From: a virus
Strand: one strand, 5' to 3'
Length of the DNA: 64,000 bases
Virus record (IMG/VR): IMGVR_UViG_3300042894_002524
Coordinates: 1-64,000 of that record
Shown: positions 62,753 through 64,000 of the stretch, piece after piece
How the letters are laid out: every line of letters begins with the position of its first letter
Numbering within the stretch: position 1 is the first letter of the stretch
Notes under the pieces: model-generated
Database searches by the model: none
What the model was told of the DNA's origin: nothing
Seen by the model: the letters and a program-made list of their open reading frames with translations, nothing else
Translations under genes and position numbers: made by a program

Positions 62753-63555
62753 TTTTTTCTTTCAATATCTTGATCATACTTCATTCTAATTCTTCTATAG
62801 AGCTGGCTATTATCCTGTTGCGAAAGACTACCCTTACCAATCTCTTTCCCCATTCCATTTCCAATGTGAAATCTAGACATGCTTTCATTCCCAAAAACAA
62901 GTTTTTTAATATTCTCATTTCTTTTGATGGGAACCATATGCTGCATGGGTGTACCGGCAGGAATTGTGAACTCTTTGTCAGTTAGAACGGATATTACAAT
63001 ATGTAATTGATTGTAATAATCTGTATGAACAATACCGGGCATAACCGTGTAATTCGGGTTTGGCTCATGGAGAATAGGCAAAGCCATCAAGGAAATACCT
63101 TTTGGTGTAAAATACCTCCAAGGAGTCACGAGTTTTGGATAATTAAAATTTTTTAATTTTCGATTTTCGCCAAAAGGACAACCTTTTGCCATTTCAGTGC
63201 TAAAGCCATCTACATGAAAAGCGTAGTCATCACCATAGTTTCCTAGTTTATATTCAAATCTTACACCAGAAGCGTCTGGTCTAACCGTTACATCTGTCCA
63301 CATAGGTATAATAAAACCATACTGGAGATAGTCATAAGTTCCGTTGCACCTTCTTAGAGACATATCTTTAACAGGGAGATCCTTCCACCAAGATGGCAGA
63401 TTCCCTTGAGCAGCATAGGGGGCGATATCCAGCAAGCGATTGTCATTGGGGACAATTACAACCTCATTCTTTTTTGGTCTGGGGGTATCCCCCCTGAACA
63501 TTGCAATTTTATAATTGTATTTCTTTGAGCGATTGCGCATGGTCCACCTTTGCAT
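62731..63555 (-). CDS. DUF6065-like protein
   Basis: RRC.G..D....GFIIP.W.D...PW...TPKG.S....PGIV.TD.Y...IPAGTP....P..R; true start probably downstream (MRNRS or MFRGD). Confidence 0.65.
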   Translation of the reverse strand: MQRWTMRNRSKKYNYKIAMFRGDTPRPKKNEVVIVPNDNRLLDIAPYAAQGNLPSWWKDLPVKDMSLRRCNGTYDYLQYGFIIPMWTDVTVRPDASGVRFEYKLGNYGDDYAFHVDGFSTEMAKGCPFGENRKLKNFNYPKLVTPWRYFTPKGISLMALPILHEPNPNYTVMPGIVHTDYYNQLHIVISVLTDKEFTIPAGTPMQHMVPIKRNENIKKLVFGNESMSRFHIGNGMGKEIGKGSLSQQDNSQLYRRIRMKYDQDIERKKWYSLRR

Positions 63556-64000
63556 GGTCTGATTGTTTCATTTTAGCAGAATACATTGCTGTCTTTACAG
63601 AATCTCGAATATTAAAACGATAAATAGACAATGAAGAAGCTTCTTGCGAAAGAACCTTTTGCCCTTGAGCTACATGATAAAAATGAGGGACATGGAACAT
63701 CTCATAATTACTTGTTGGTATGTCATTATAGAATGGAGGTCTTTCACTCCATAAATCTAATAAGTTCTGTAAATACTCCGGCACTGGGGTGTTCGCTTGG
63801 TTTACCCACATTTCACTATCTCTTCTATCAGATATGTAATGAAGATAGATCATTGATAAAATATTCTGCATCATGATGTTCATCTTCTTGTTGTATTCAT
63901 TCTGAACAGCTGTATGACCAATCTTGTATGAAGACAGATTCTCCACCAAACACCTCATTTGCTGAATTGTCCCGCCAATAGAAGACGCTTCGATTGGTTC
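63509..64000 (-). CDS. Flavin-dependent (tryptophan) halogenase-like protein, C-terminal part; 5' end outside the window
   Basis: Frame open from the window edge: EPIEASSIG...YN......I.LHY.S.R.DS.MW...P..L...L.LW..R.P. Confidence 0.85.
   Translation of the reverse strand, partial: EPIEASSIGGTIQQMRCLVENLSSYKIGHTAVQNEYNKKMNIMMQNILSMIYLHYISDRRDSEMWVNQANTPVPEYLQNLLDLWSERPPFYNDIPTSNYEMFHVPHFYHVAQGQKVLSQEASSLSIYRFNIRDSVKTAMYSAKMKQSDHAKVDHAQSLKEIQL

Noticed and set aside
312-63876. Plus-strand ORFs in the track (e.g. 55198-56022, 48156-48653, 45797-46222)
   Set aside because: All are antisense shadows of well-supported minus-strand genes, with no recognisable motifs.
1-64000. Stop-codon reassignment
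   Set aside because: Long conserved genes are intact in the standard code, and TAA, TAG and TGA all end tightly packed genes.
1-64000. Prophage or insertion-sequence features
   Set aside because: No integrase, transposase, repressor switch or host genes are visible. The two HNH genes are the only potentially mobile elements.

Overview
This window is a 64 kb piece of a large lytic siphovirus genome, with essentially every real gene on the minus strand. The host is most likely an actinobacterium, given two WhiB-like regulators, an Rpf-family muralytic enzyme and many apparently leaderless promoters. In transcription order (right to left) it holds five blocks. (1) The end of an accessory block: a flavin-dependent halogenase fragment, a DUF6065-like protein and a membrane protein. 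(2) Head-tail joining and tail genes: the major tail protein, a frameshifting tail assembly chaperone, a 3967-aa tape measure protein, two Dit-like paralogs, a PA14/LamG baseplate protein and an S74-chaperone fibre. (3) A replication/recombination module: metallophosphoesterase, MerR-like HTH, WhiB, DnaB, DnaG, SSB, HAD nucleotidase, DnaE, RecA, Cas4-like exonuclease and two resolvases, interleaved with methyltransferases, glycosyltransferases and a 2OG-Fe(II) oxygenase. (4) The terminase pair, flanked by glycosyltransferases and a YkgJ/FliB-like protein. (5) An AT-rich ~15 kb block of small, probably early genes, ending in an Rpf gene and tRNA-Arg(UCU). The most unusual signals are a gap-free 42-bp motif repeated three times through the early block (with a covarying hairpin in two copies), a highly structured Rpf leader with a perfect 12-nt anti-SD match and a uORF, AT-hook repeats inside the giant tape measure, a mutually exclusive RNA switch before the chaperone gene, and A-tract repeats between terS and terL. 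No CRISPR array, integrase, transposase or reverse transcriptase was seen. All calls come from motif recognition by eye; no database searches were run.
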